Part shown: positions 15,041 to 26,642 of the stretch, piece by piece
How the letters are laid out: every line of letters begins with the position of its first letter
Position numbering within the stretch: position 1 is the stretch's first letter
Assembly: GCF_009914755.1 (NCBI RefSeq)
Contig: NC_060947.1
DNA: 64,000 bases
Origin: the human T2T-CHM13v2.0 reference genome, Homo sapiens
Reading direction: 5' to 3' (one strand)
Notes under the pieces: generated by a model
Told to the model about the DNA's origin: nothing
Seen by the model: the letters and a program-made list of their open reading frames with translations, nothing else
Databases searched by the model: none
Made by a program: the position numbers and the translations under genes

Positions 15041-18000
15041 TCTTTGGCTTCCTTTAAGATTTATTTATTGTGCTTTGTTCTTGGTGAATCAGATGGCTAT
15101 ATGTCTTGGGGATGGTTGTCTTATGTAATGTCTTGCAGAGGTTCTCTTTATTTTTTAAATTTGTTTGTCCTCATCTCTAGCAAAATTGGGAAAATTTTCA
15201 TGGACTATTTCCTCAAATATGTTTTCCAAGTTTCTTATTCTTTTTTCTTCTCTTTCAAGAATGCCAGCAAGTTGTAGATTTGGTCTCTTTACATACTCCC
15301 ATATTTCTTGAAGGTTTCGTTTATTTTTTAAAATTATTTTTTCTTTTTTTTTGTCTGAGTTTATTCAAAGAATTGGTCTTCAAGCTCTGAGATTTTTCTT
15401 CTGCTTGACCTATTCTGCTATGGATGCTTGCAATTGTATTGTGAAATTTTTGAAGAGAATTTTTTAGTTCCAGAATTTCAATTTTATTTTTTCTTAAAAT
15501 GACTATTTTAACTCATGGATTGTTTTACTAAGCTTTTTTTTTTTTATTGGGTTCCATCTTTTTCCTGGCTCTTGATGATCTTCATTGCCATCCAGATTCA
15601 GAATCCTATGTCCATCATATCAGTTATCTCAATCTTGCTAAGAACCATTTCTGGGGGAATTTGTGTGCTTTTTGGAGGTAAGAGGACACACTGGCTTTTT
15701 GAGTTGCCAAAAATTCTTGTGTTAATTCTTTCTCATACATGAGGGCTTTTATTCCTTTAACTGTGGTGTAATTTGAGTATGATCAGTTGATTTCATTTTT
15801 GGGTGTTTTCAGAGGTCAGGATACTACAGAATCTTTGTTTCAGGCTGGATCTTTGCCTTAGTTTTTACAGATGCTGTATGCTGGTAAAATATTTTGGTGT
15901 TGTATTTTGGGCTGCAGTACAGTAGGTGAAGGTTAAGAGTCTTGACCAGGAGATAAACTCTTACTCAGATAGAGGACTCTTTTGTATTTTGGCATGGTTG
16001 GCAGTAGTGCTGCCTGGTGGTAGGGTGGGAGAGATGACTGCCTCATCAGGTTCACTTCTGAGACTTGGAGGAGTCCCCTTCAATCACTGGCTACATGCCT
16101 GTGTTTCTTTGTTAGATGTTCTTGTCCACTGGGCATGATCCCTCAGGCAGGGGTCATGATTGTCAGGCAGGACATATCCTTCTTGGACTGGCCTTGCAGA
16201 GGGAGGCACACCCCACTTCTCTGCCTGCCCAAGAACCTGGGCGTCTCACCCTTCTCAGTGTTCCAAGTGAGGGCTCCCACTTGCTTAGGTGCTGCCCAAG
16301 GCAGCAAGTCCCACTCAACTGAAAGCAGCAGGGGTAGGTGGAGTCACACATACTGCCATTTGAGTGCTTCCCAGGGGAAGACAGAGCTGCACCTGCGTGC
16401 AGTGCTCAGGCAAATGTGGGTCTGATGTGTTGGAATCTCTGCATCAAATGTCTGCATCCATAGCAGAATAGATCAAGCAGAAGAAAAATCTCAGAGCTTG
16501 AAGACTAGTCCAACTGGCGTGTCTTGCCCAGCTAGGAGGAGCAGGAGCAGTTGGATCACCCAGTTCACTGTCTGGGTGCTTCTCAGGAGAACACGGGGCT
16601 GGGCTCACCCACAGAATTCAGGCAGAAGCAGGTTTGCTATGCTTGGAGACCCAGCCGGTATGGTCCGCTCAGCTACAAGTGGTGGGGGTTGCTGGAGTCA
16701 CCAGCTCCACATTCTGGGTGCTTCCTGGGGTGTGCCCACTTACAAAGTTCAGGCAGAATTGGGTCTGCCATGCCAAAAGACCCAGCAGGCATCACCTGTC
16801 TGGGTATAAGTGGCAAGGGTGGGTGGAGTCACCTAGCATGTCAACTAGATGTTTGGCAAAGTGGGGTGTAGCAATAGCAATCTTACTGCTCCGCAGCACC
16901 ACAGCTGTGTCCTCTACTGGGTCTGTGGTACTGGCACCAGTCTCTTCTGGGATTCAAGGCTTGTAGAGGTCCCTGTGGACTTGAGTGTTGCCTCCACAAA
17001 AGCTCTGGGCAGCTATCTGTGTCAATTTAGAGGCCTCGGGGTATCCAGGGGATTTTCCTTTTCCCAGGCTTGCACAAGTAGCTCTGGGAAGTGGAATCCT
17101 CTAGGAGCTCTCACTCGCTCACACTTTCCCCATGTTGGGGAACTTTTGGCTCCATGCTGATTTCAGTTGTGCTGCTGCCCAGCTTTACTCCTCTCTGCTC
17201 TCTGTATCTCCTCGCTGCCTGGATGGATTCTGACATGGTTTCTTAGATGATTGACTTGCGGGATCAGTGTTCACTAGCTACTTTGTTTCCTCTTCATGAG
17301 AGTGGAACACATGAGCTGCTTATAGTCCACTATCTTGGCCCTCCTGACTCTTTAATAATAGCCATTTTGACTGGTGTAAGGTCATACTTTATTGTAGTCT
17401 TAATTTGTATTTCTATGACTAGTGATGTTGAGTATTATTTTGTGATCATTGGATGCTGATATGTCTTCTTTTGAGAAGTGCCTGTTCATGTTCTTTGCCC
17501 TTCTTTTAACAGGGTTATTTACTTTTGTCTTGTCAAGTTAAGTTCTTTATAGAACCTGAATATTAGTCCTTTTCTGGACGTATGATTTGCAAATATTTTT
17601 TCCCATACTATAGGTTGTCTTCTTACTTGTGATTGTCTATTTTGCTGTGCAGATGGTTTTTTATTTTAAGTCCTATTTGTCTATTTTTGTTTCTGTTACA
17701 TTTGTTTTTTGGGTCTTAGTCATAAATTATTTAATAGGAAGACAGATAATATGATACCTTTAGCTTTATTATTTTGCTTAGAATTGTTTTGGCTATCCGG
17801 GCTCTTTATTGTTACCATACAAATTTTAGAATTAATTTTTCCTAATTCTGTGAAAAATTATATTGGTAATTTAATAGGAATTGTGTTGAATTTGCAGATT
17901 GCTTTGAGAAGTGTGGTTATTTTAATGATATTGGTTCTTTTTATCAAAGAACATGAGATTTTTTTCACTTGTTTGTTCCATCTACATTTTTTTTATCAGT

Positions 18001-18600
18001 GTTTTGTAATTCTCCTTGTAGAGCTCTTTCATCTCCTTGGTAAAATCTATTACTAGGTAGTTTTCGTGTGGCTATTGTTAATGAGTTGGAGCTCCTGATT
18101 TGTTTCTCAGATTGAGCATTGTTGGTGTGTAGAAATGCAACTGATTTTTGTGTGTTAGTTTTGTAAACTAAAACCTTACTGAAGTAGTTTATCAGGTCTA
18201 CTAGTCTTTTGGAGGAACGTTTAGAATTTTCTAGTTATAGGATTGTCTTCAAAGAACAGAGATAATTCGACTTTCTCTTTTCCAATTTGGATGTCTTTTA
18301 TTTCTTTCTCTTGCCTGATTGCTCTGGCTAGTACTTTCAGTATTGTGTTGAACAGGAGTGATGAGAGTGGGCATCCATGTCTTTTTCCATTTTTTTAGGG
18401 AAAATGTTTTTGACTTTTCCCCATTCAGCATGATGTTGGTTGCGGGTTTGTTATTTATGGCTCTTATTATTCTGAGGTATCTTTTTGAATGCCCCATTTG
18501 TTGAGGGTTTTTATCATGAAAAGATATTGGATTTTATTGAATGATTTTCCTGCGTCTATTGAGATAACCATGTGGTTTTTGTTTTTGTTCTCTTATGTAC

Positions 18601-18982
18601 TGTGTTAGTCCGTTCTCACATTGCTGTAAAGAACTACCTGAGACTGGGTAATTTATAAAGAAAGAAGTTGATTTGGCTCACAATTCCACAGGCTATGTAG
18701 GAAGCATGGCTGGGGAGGCCTCAGGAAACATACAATTATGGCAGAAGGTGAAGAGGAAGGAGGTATGTCTTCTATGACAGGAGCAGGAGGAAGAGAGAGC
18801 AGGGGAATGTGCTACACACTTTTAAACAGCAGATTTTGTGGTAACTCACTCACTGTCATGAGAACAGCAAGGGGAAAATCTGCCCCCATGACCCAATCAC
18901 CTCCTACTAGGCCCTTCTTCCAATATTGGAGATCACAATTCGACATGAGATTTGGGTGGGGACACAAATCCAAACCATATAA
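18601..18982 (-). mobile_element. MSTA (MaLR) solo LTR
   Basis: tgtgttagtccgttctcacattgctgtaaag...gacacaaatccaaaccatat. 5-bp TSD tgtac / tgtag. Confidence 0.85.
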
Positions 18983-21900
18983 TGTAGGGAATCACATTTA
19001 TTGATTAATGTATGCTGAATCATTCTTGAATATCAGGAATAAAATCCACTAGATTATGATGAATTAACTTTTTGACACACTGCTGGATTAATTAGCTAGT
19101 ATATTGTTGATAATTTTTCCATCTATGTTCATCAGGAATGTTAGACTCTTGTTTTCTTTTTTTGTTCTTGTTGTGTCCTTGCCAGATTTTCATATCAGAA
19201 TGATACATGTTTTGTAGAATTAGTGAGGGAGAAATACATCCTCTTCAATTTTTTGGAATAGTTTTAGGAATACTGGTACCAGCTCTTTGTATGTCTGGTA
19301 GGGTTTGGCTGTGAATCGATCTGTTTTTTTTTTCTTTTTTTATTTGGTAGATTTTGTATTAATTTTATTTCATCACTAGTTATTGTTCTGTTCAGGATTT
19401 AATATTTTTCTTCTTCAAACTTGGGAGGTTCTGTTTATATAAATTTATTCATGTATTATAGGTTTTACAGTTTGTACACATATAGATGCTCACAGAGTCG
19501 AGGAAATTTTGTATTTTTGAGGTAAGAGTTGTAATGTCTTTATCATTTCTGATTGTGCTTATTTGAATCTTCTCTTTTTTTCTTGGTTAATCCAGCTAGT
19601 TGTCTACCAATTTTATTTATCCTTTTGAAGAATAAACTTTTCATTTTATTAATCCTTTGTATGACTTTTGGTCCCAAATTTATTTAGTTCTGCTCTGATC
19701 ACATTACAGCTTTTCTCTGCTAGCTTTGAGTTTGGTTTGATCTTGTTTTCTAGTTTTTTAGGTATGACATTTTGTTGTTAATTTGAGACCTTTCTCTCTC
19801 TAATGGAACATTAGTTCTGTAAACTTTCCCTTAACACCTTTTTTGCTCTATCCCAGAGGTTTTCATTTGTAGTGCTTCTATTTAATTTGTTTAGAAATGT
19901 TTTGACTCCTACCTTAATTTTTATGAGTTTATTATAGTTAAATTCATTGAATTGAGCCCTTTACCATCATAAAATGCTCTTTGTCATTTTTTTACTGTGT
20001 TTTGATTTAAGGTCTGTTTTATATGATAAAAGAATATCAACCATTGCTTTTTTTGGTTTCTCATTTACATGATAGATCTTTCTCTACCTCTCTGCTTTGA
20101 GGCTGTGGGTGACATTACCTGTAAGATGGTCTCTTGAAGGCAATAGATTGTTGGGTGTTTTTTTTTTTTAATTACAATTTGCCAATCTATGTCTTTTAAG
20201 TGGCACATTTAGGGCTGTTTATATTAAATGTTAATATTATTATGTGAGGGTTTATTTCTGCCACAGTTTTGTTAGCTTGTTGCTGTGTAGTCTCAATTGT
20301 GTAATTGCTACACAAGATCTGTGAACTTGTATTACTTGTGCTTTTATGGTAGCAAATGTTGTCTTTTTTTCATGTTTAAAATTTCTTTGAGCATTTCTTG
20401 TAGGACTGGTATGGTGGGAATGAATTCCCTTAGCTTTGCTTGTCTGGGAAAGACTTTATTTCACCATATGTTATGAAGATTAGTTTGGAAGTCTATAAAA
20501 TTATTGCTTGGTATTTTTTCTTTAAAAAGGCTGAAAATAGGCCCCAATCTCTTCTGGACTGTTCAATTTCTGCTAATAATTCAATTTTTATTTTGATGGA
20601 ATTTTTGTTTTAGTTAATTTAACCCTTTTTTTCTAGCTCTTTTGATCATTTTTCTTTCACATTGACCTTGGATAGTCTGAGGACTGTATGCCTTGGTGAT
20701 GGCCATCTTGTATAGTATCGTGCAGATGTTCTCTGAATTTCTCGTATCTGGATGTTGACCTCTCTAATAAGATTAGAGTAAATTTCCTGGATTATTCTCT
20801 TTAATATGTTTTCCAGCTTGCTTATATTTTTTCTCTCTCAGCAATGCTAGTAATTCATAGGTTTGGTCACGTTACATAATCATATATTTTTCATGCTTTT
20901 TGGGGGTCTGGCTCTGTTTATTCAAAAGACTGGTCTTTGAACTCTGAAATTATTTCTTCTGTTTTGTCTAGTCTATTGTCAGGGCTTCCAGTTGTATTTT
21001 GAGATTCTTTTAGTGAATTTTTTAATTGCAGAAATTTTTTTTATTATAACTATTTCATCATTCATATCCTAAATTGCTTTTCTGTTTTTTTGTTTTAATT
21101 TTCAACTTTCTCTTGGATCTCATTGACTTTCCTTGCAATCTCTATTTTGAATTATTTACCTACCGTTTCGGATTTTTTATTTTGGTTAGAATCCATAGCC
21201 AGAGCACTAATATGATCTTTTGGGCTTGTCCAGACACTCAGTCGTTTTGTTCTGGCAGAGTTCTTTTACTGATTTCTTCTCATCTGAGAAGGATGTTACT
21301 TCTTTTGATTTTGCTATTGATTGGATTTGGTGTTTTAATTTTTTATTCTTTTTTCCCTAGAGGGTGTGACTGTGATGTATGTTGTGTTTGATCATTCAGC
21401 CTTGTTTCTGGGTGCTTTCTGGGAACCAAGGCTCTGTATGAATTCATTTGTTGTGGACAGCTGCTGTGCAGTGGCTTTCTCAGAGGTTGCTTGTTGTGGT
21501 AACATATTGGACATATGAGCCAGCACACTATATTTTGTGAGGCAGAGACTGCAGAGTTCTCAGAAAGCTTATCTCTTGCACTAGCACTATGTCCTTGTGG
21601 CAGCAGGATTTTCGTTTGGTGGTTCAGTTCAGACATCAGTCCATTAGCTGACACTTATGAGTAGAGCCAGCTCACACCCAGGCAGGCTGATTATGAATGG
21701 AAGCACCCATCCTGCAAGGGGGCAGATTGGTAGGTGAAGATCATGTTGAGGTTCACTGAAATCTCTGGGGAAGCAGCAGGTGTGTGCACCAAGTCTGTCC
21801 TCAGCAGTTAGGAATGTCATCTACTTCTCTATTGCAACCCTATCACAGAGGTCACGACCTCCAGTTGGAATAGACTTTGTCCTTTGGCTCCAAGCCACAA

Positions 21901-22111
21901 TGTGGCTGCAAACCACAATAAGTCCTTCTGGTGGCTAATGCACTAATGGGTTTAGGGCAGAGCCTCTTTGCCCTGTCCAGATTTGACAATTCTGTCGTTT
22001 GTCTGCCTTCTGTTGACAAGATACTGGAATTCTGTGTAGGGAGGGAGAGTTGGGCCCTGCCCTTTATGCAAGCCCAGTAGGCACAGACACACTTTCAAGG
22101 TGGATGGATCC

Positions 22112-22113
<2 letters not shown>

Positions 22114-22149
<36 letters not shown>
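22114..22149. repeat. (CA)18 microsatellite
   Basis: Read directly from the sequence. Confidence 0.95.
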
Positions 22150-22151
<2 letters not shown>

Positions 22152-22795
22152 GTGTTTTCTGCAAGTGCATAAGCAGTGCCCCCCAGAGGGGGGTACCTCT
22201 GTTGCAATCACAACAGTAGACAGGGGAGCAGGATGACTCCCTTTCCATGTCTATTACTGGCCACCAGTGCCATCCCCTTCAGCATTTGGTGCCATGCCCA
22301 TGTTTTCTTTGTCCCCAAGGGGGCTTTGGCAGGTTGTGTTCTCCCTCCCGTAGGGAAAGCTCACACTAAGAGTTAGACGTCTATGGGTCTTACAGCTCCC
22401 TAGGGATCCACTAATATCTTGTACTTATCTTGTACTTACCAAAGACAGAACGGGTGGTGGGGTATGTTTGCAGGGGATCTGGTAATGCAGTTTATGAAGG
22501 ACAGAGAGTCCCTAGGTTGGGCAGTGGCCCACCCCAGGTACACAACCAGTATGGTGCCTACCATCTCACTTTAGGTGTGAGGGGAGTGTGGGCCTACCTG
22601 TGTGAGCTGGCCACCCAGTTCCCTGTGCCTCAGAAGTTTCCAAATTGCCACTGACAGTACTGCCCTAGGTCTTGAGGGCACGCAAGCTCCCCAATAGTTT
22701 GACAATCAGCAGACTCTTGCAGGGGTGATAAGATCAGAAAAGCACCCCCATCTACCTTTTCTGCAGGGCTCTGAGTTCCTCAGATGACCCATGAG

Positions 22796-23063
22796 AGTTT
22801 TAGAAGTATTTTTTAATCTTAAAAATATTTGAGTATTTTCCAGATTTTTGCTTAAATTCATTTCTAGTTTAAATCTCTTCTGGTCAAATAACATGCTATG
22901 AATGATTTTAGTTATTTTCCATTTACTAAGGTTTATTTTATGACCCAGAATATGGTATACCATCATTATGTTTTATGACCACATATAAAGAACGTGAAAT
23001 CTATTTTGGGGTGAAGTGTTCTATAAATGTCAATTCAGTCAAATTGGTTTAAAGTGCTGCTCA
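22796..23063 (-). mobile_element. Ancient L1M ORF2 segment 2
   Basis: ORF 22706-22966 resembles the endonuclease end (HILGHKINLSK..KLEMN). Confidence 0.65.
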
Positions 23064-23064
23064 T

Positions 23065-26000
23065 CAAACAAACCCAGAAGCTAGCAGAAGACAAAAAATA
23101 ATCAATATCAGAATGGAGCTGAAGGAGACAGAGACACAAAAATCCCTTCAAAAAATCAACAAATCAAGGAGCTATTTTTTAAATTAATAAAATCAATAGA
23201 TTGCTAGCTAGACTAATAAAGATGAAAAGAGAGAAGAATCAAATAGACACAATAAAAAACAATAAAGGAGAAATTACCACTGACCCCACAGAAATACAAA
23301 CAGCCATCACAGAATACTATAAATACTTCTATGTTCCACAGGGGGGAATGTTATAGGAGTCATTGAGAAATTATTTTAGGCAGATAGAGAGGAAAAGGGG
23401 TCCTTGGGAACTTTTTGTTTATTTTAAAGCAGCTCCAGAAATGTTTCTTGTCTAGCAGGAAAGCCCCAACTCTTAGAGCCAGACTGCCAAGCTTTGATAT
23501 GCAAATGCTGGCCATTAGAAACTGGGTCCACACAAACATGGCGATTCCCACCATCTTCTTCTTGCCCTTGCCCCCACATGTGCCTGGCAACATGGCTGCC
23601 CACACATATCCCCATGTGTATCAAACATCATGGTGCCCTATATTTGCATATCGAAAGGCTAGGGTGGGAGGGCCAGTTTTTTCACAGGCTACATAAATCA
23701 AGTGCCTGGTCAAACCAATCCTCTGACCCTTATGCAAATCAGACACCACCTCCACCAGACTCCTCATATAAGCAGCCACTTTTCCACTGCACACGAGGTT
23801 TCCTCACTTGGTTTGGAGCCCTTCTCCCTTTGTCTCTGTACAGGGGAGCTTCTTCCTTCTTTCTTGCCTATTAAACTCTCCACTCCTTAAAACAACAACA
23901 ACAAAAAATTAAAAATAATCTGGAAAATCTAGAAGAAATGGATAAATTCCTGTACACATACACCCTCCTAAGACTGAACCAGAAAGAAGTTGAATCCTTG
24001 AATACACCAATAACAAATTCCAAAATTGAGGCAGCAATAAATAGCCTACCAACCAAGAAAAGACCAGGACAAGATGGATTTACAGCTAAATTCTACTACA
24101 GGTACAAAGAGGAGCTGGTACTGCTTTTTTCTGAAACTATTCCAAACAATTGAAAAGGAAGGACTCCTCCCTAACTCATTCTATGAGGCCAGCATCATCC
24201 TGATACCAAAACCTGGCAGAGACATAACAACAACAAAAAAGAAAACTTCAGGCCAATATCCCTGATTCACATCAGTGCAAAAATCCTCAATAAAATACTG
24301 GCAAACTGAATCCAGCGGCACATCAAAAAGCTTATCCACCATGATCAAGTGGATTTCATCGTCAGGATACAAGGCTGGTTAAACATATGCAAATCAATAA
24401 ATGTAATTCATCACATAAACAGAACTAAATACAAAAGCCACATTATTACCTCAATAGACATAGAAAAATCCTGCAATAAAATTCAACATCCCTTCATATT
24501 AAAAACTCTCAGTAAACTAGGTATTGATGGAACATACCTTAAAATAATAAGAGCCTTTTATGACAAACCCACAGCCAATATCATACTTACTGGGAAAAAG
24601 CTGGAAGCATTTCCCTTGAAAACCAGCACAAGACAAGGATGCTCTCTCTTACCACTCCTATCAACGTAGCATTGGTCATTCTGGCCAGGGCAAACAGGCA
24701 AGATAAAGAAATAAAGCATATTCTAATAGGAAGAGTGAAAGTCAAACTGTCTCTTTTTGCATATAACATGAGTTTATATCTAGAAATCCCATCATCTCAG
24801 CCCAAAAGTTTCTTCAGCTGATAAGCAACTTCAGCAAAGTCTCGGAATACAATATCAATATGCAAAAATCGCAGCGTTCCTATAAGATACTTACAAATAC
24901 AGCTAACAAGGGAAGTAAAGGACCACTTCAAGGAGAACTACAAACCACTCCTCAAGGAAATAAGAGGGAACACAAACAAATGGAAAATTATTCCATGCTC
25001 ATGTATAGGAAGAATCAATATCATGAAAATGGCCATACTGCACAAAATAATTTATAGATTAAATGCCACTCCCATTAATTTACCATTGACATTCCTCAGA
25101 GAATTAGAAAAATCTACTTTAAAAGTCATATGGAACCCAAAAAGGGCTTGTATAGAAAAGAAAATCCCAAGCAAAAAGAACAAAGCTGGAGGCATTGTGC
25201 TACCCAACTTCAAACTATACTACAAGGCTACAGTAACCCAGACATGTTACTGGCACGAAAACAGACACATAGACCAATGGAACAGAAAACAGAACTCAGA
25301 AATAAGACTGCACATCTACATCCATCTGATCTTCGACAAATCAAAACAAGCAATGGGGGAAGGATTTTCTATTTAATAAATGGTGCTGGGAGAACTGGCT
25401 AGCCATATGCAGAAAATTGAAACTGGACCCCTTCCTTACACCTTATACAAAAATTAACTCAAGATGGATTAAAGACTTAAATGTAAAACTCAAAATAAAA
25501 CCCCTAATAGAAAATCTAGGCAATACCATTCAGGATATAGGCACAGGCGAGGATTTTATGACAGAAATTTCAAAAGCAATTGCCAAAAAAGAAAAACTTG
25601 AAAAATGGGACCTAGTTAAGCTGAAGAGCTTCTGCACAGCAAAGGAAACTATCATCAGAGTGAACAGACAACCTAGAGAATGGGGGAAGATTTTTACAAT
25701 TTATCCATATGACAAAGTTCCAATATCCAGAATCTGCAAAGAACTTTAACAAATTTACATTTAAAAAACCCCATTAAAAAGTGGGCAAAGAACATGAGTA
25801 GACTCTTGTCAAAGAAGACATTAATGTGGCCAACAAACATATGAGAAAAAGCTCAACTGCACTGTTAGAGAAATGCAAATCAAAACCACAATGAGATACC
25901 ATCTCACATCAGTCAGAATGGTGATTATTAAAAATTCAAGAAACAACAGGTTCTGGTGAGGTTATGCAGAATGTAAATTCCCACCTTTTATACTGTTGGT

Positions 26001-26628
26001 GGGAATGTAAATTAGTTCAACCACTGTGGAAGACAGTGTGGTGATTCCTCAAAGTTCTAGAACCAGAAATACCATTTGACCCAGCAATCTTATTACTGGG
26101 TATATGTGCAAAGGAATAAATCATTCTGTTATAAAGATACATGCATGCATATGTCCATTTCAGCACTATTCACAATAGCAAAATCATGAAATCAACCCAA
26201 ATACTCATCAATCATAGACTGGATAAAGAAAATGTGGTACATACACACTATAGAATACTACGCGGCCATAAAAAGGAATGAGATCATATCCTTTGCAAGG
26301 ACATGGATGGAGCTGGTAGCCATTATTCTCAGCGAACTAACACAGGAATAGAAAACCAAACACCAAATATTCTCACTTATAAGTGGGAGATGAACAACGA
26401 GAACACATGGACACAAGGAGGGGAACAACGTGCACTAGGGACTGTTGGTTGGAGATCGGGGGAGGAAGACCATCAGGATAAATAGCTAATGCATGCTGGC
26501 CTTAATACGTAGGTGATGGGTTGATAGGTGCAACAAACTACCATGACACACATTTACCTGTGTAACAAACTTGCACATTCTGCACATGTATCCCAGAACT
26601 TAAAATAAAATAATATAAAATAAAATAG
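23065..26628 (+). mobile_element. 5'-truncated L1PA8-L1PA10-like element
   Basis: Frameshifted ORF2 ORFs (23938, 24349, 25023, 25417), 3'UTR aggataaatagctaatgcatg and an A-rich tail. TSD aaagtgctgctcat 23051-23064 / aaagtgtttctcat 26629-26642. Confidence 0.85.
23334..23915 (+). mobile_element. ERV1 LTR (LTR25/MER61-like): polypurine tract + U3-R + A-rich tail
   Basis: aggggggaa then TG at 23349. CCAAT ~23715, TATA-like catataag ~23766, ATTAAA 23870-23875, then an A/CAA tail with no U5. Confidence 0.75.
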
Positions 26629-26642
26629 AAAGTGTTTCTCAT

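Larger units (their letters stand above)
17345..22784 (-). mobile_element. L1PB3/4 body (ORF2, ORF1, 5'UTR), continuation of 1630-2612
   Basis: Resumes at tgactctttaataatagccatt, with internal deletions near 17730 and 19920 and a GC-richer 5'UTR ~21400-22784. Candidate TSD tgacccatgag 1546-1556 / 22785-22795. Confidence 0.7.

Noticed and set aside
14693-15277. 194-aa ORF
   Set aside because: Inverted L1PA5 ORF2 C-terminus reading into antisense host L1, with a GTG start.
23065-26628. Possibly active L1 reverse transcriptase
   Set aside because: 5'-truncated, frameshifted and interrupted. No L1 in the window has intact ORF1 and ORF2.
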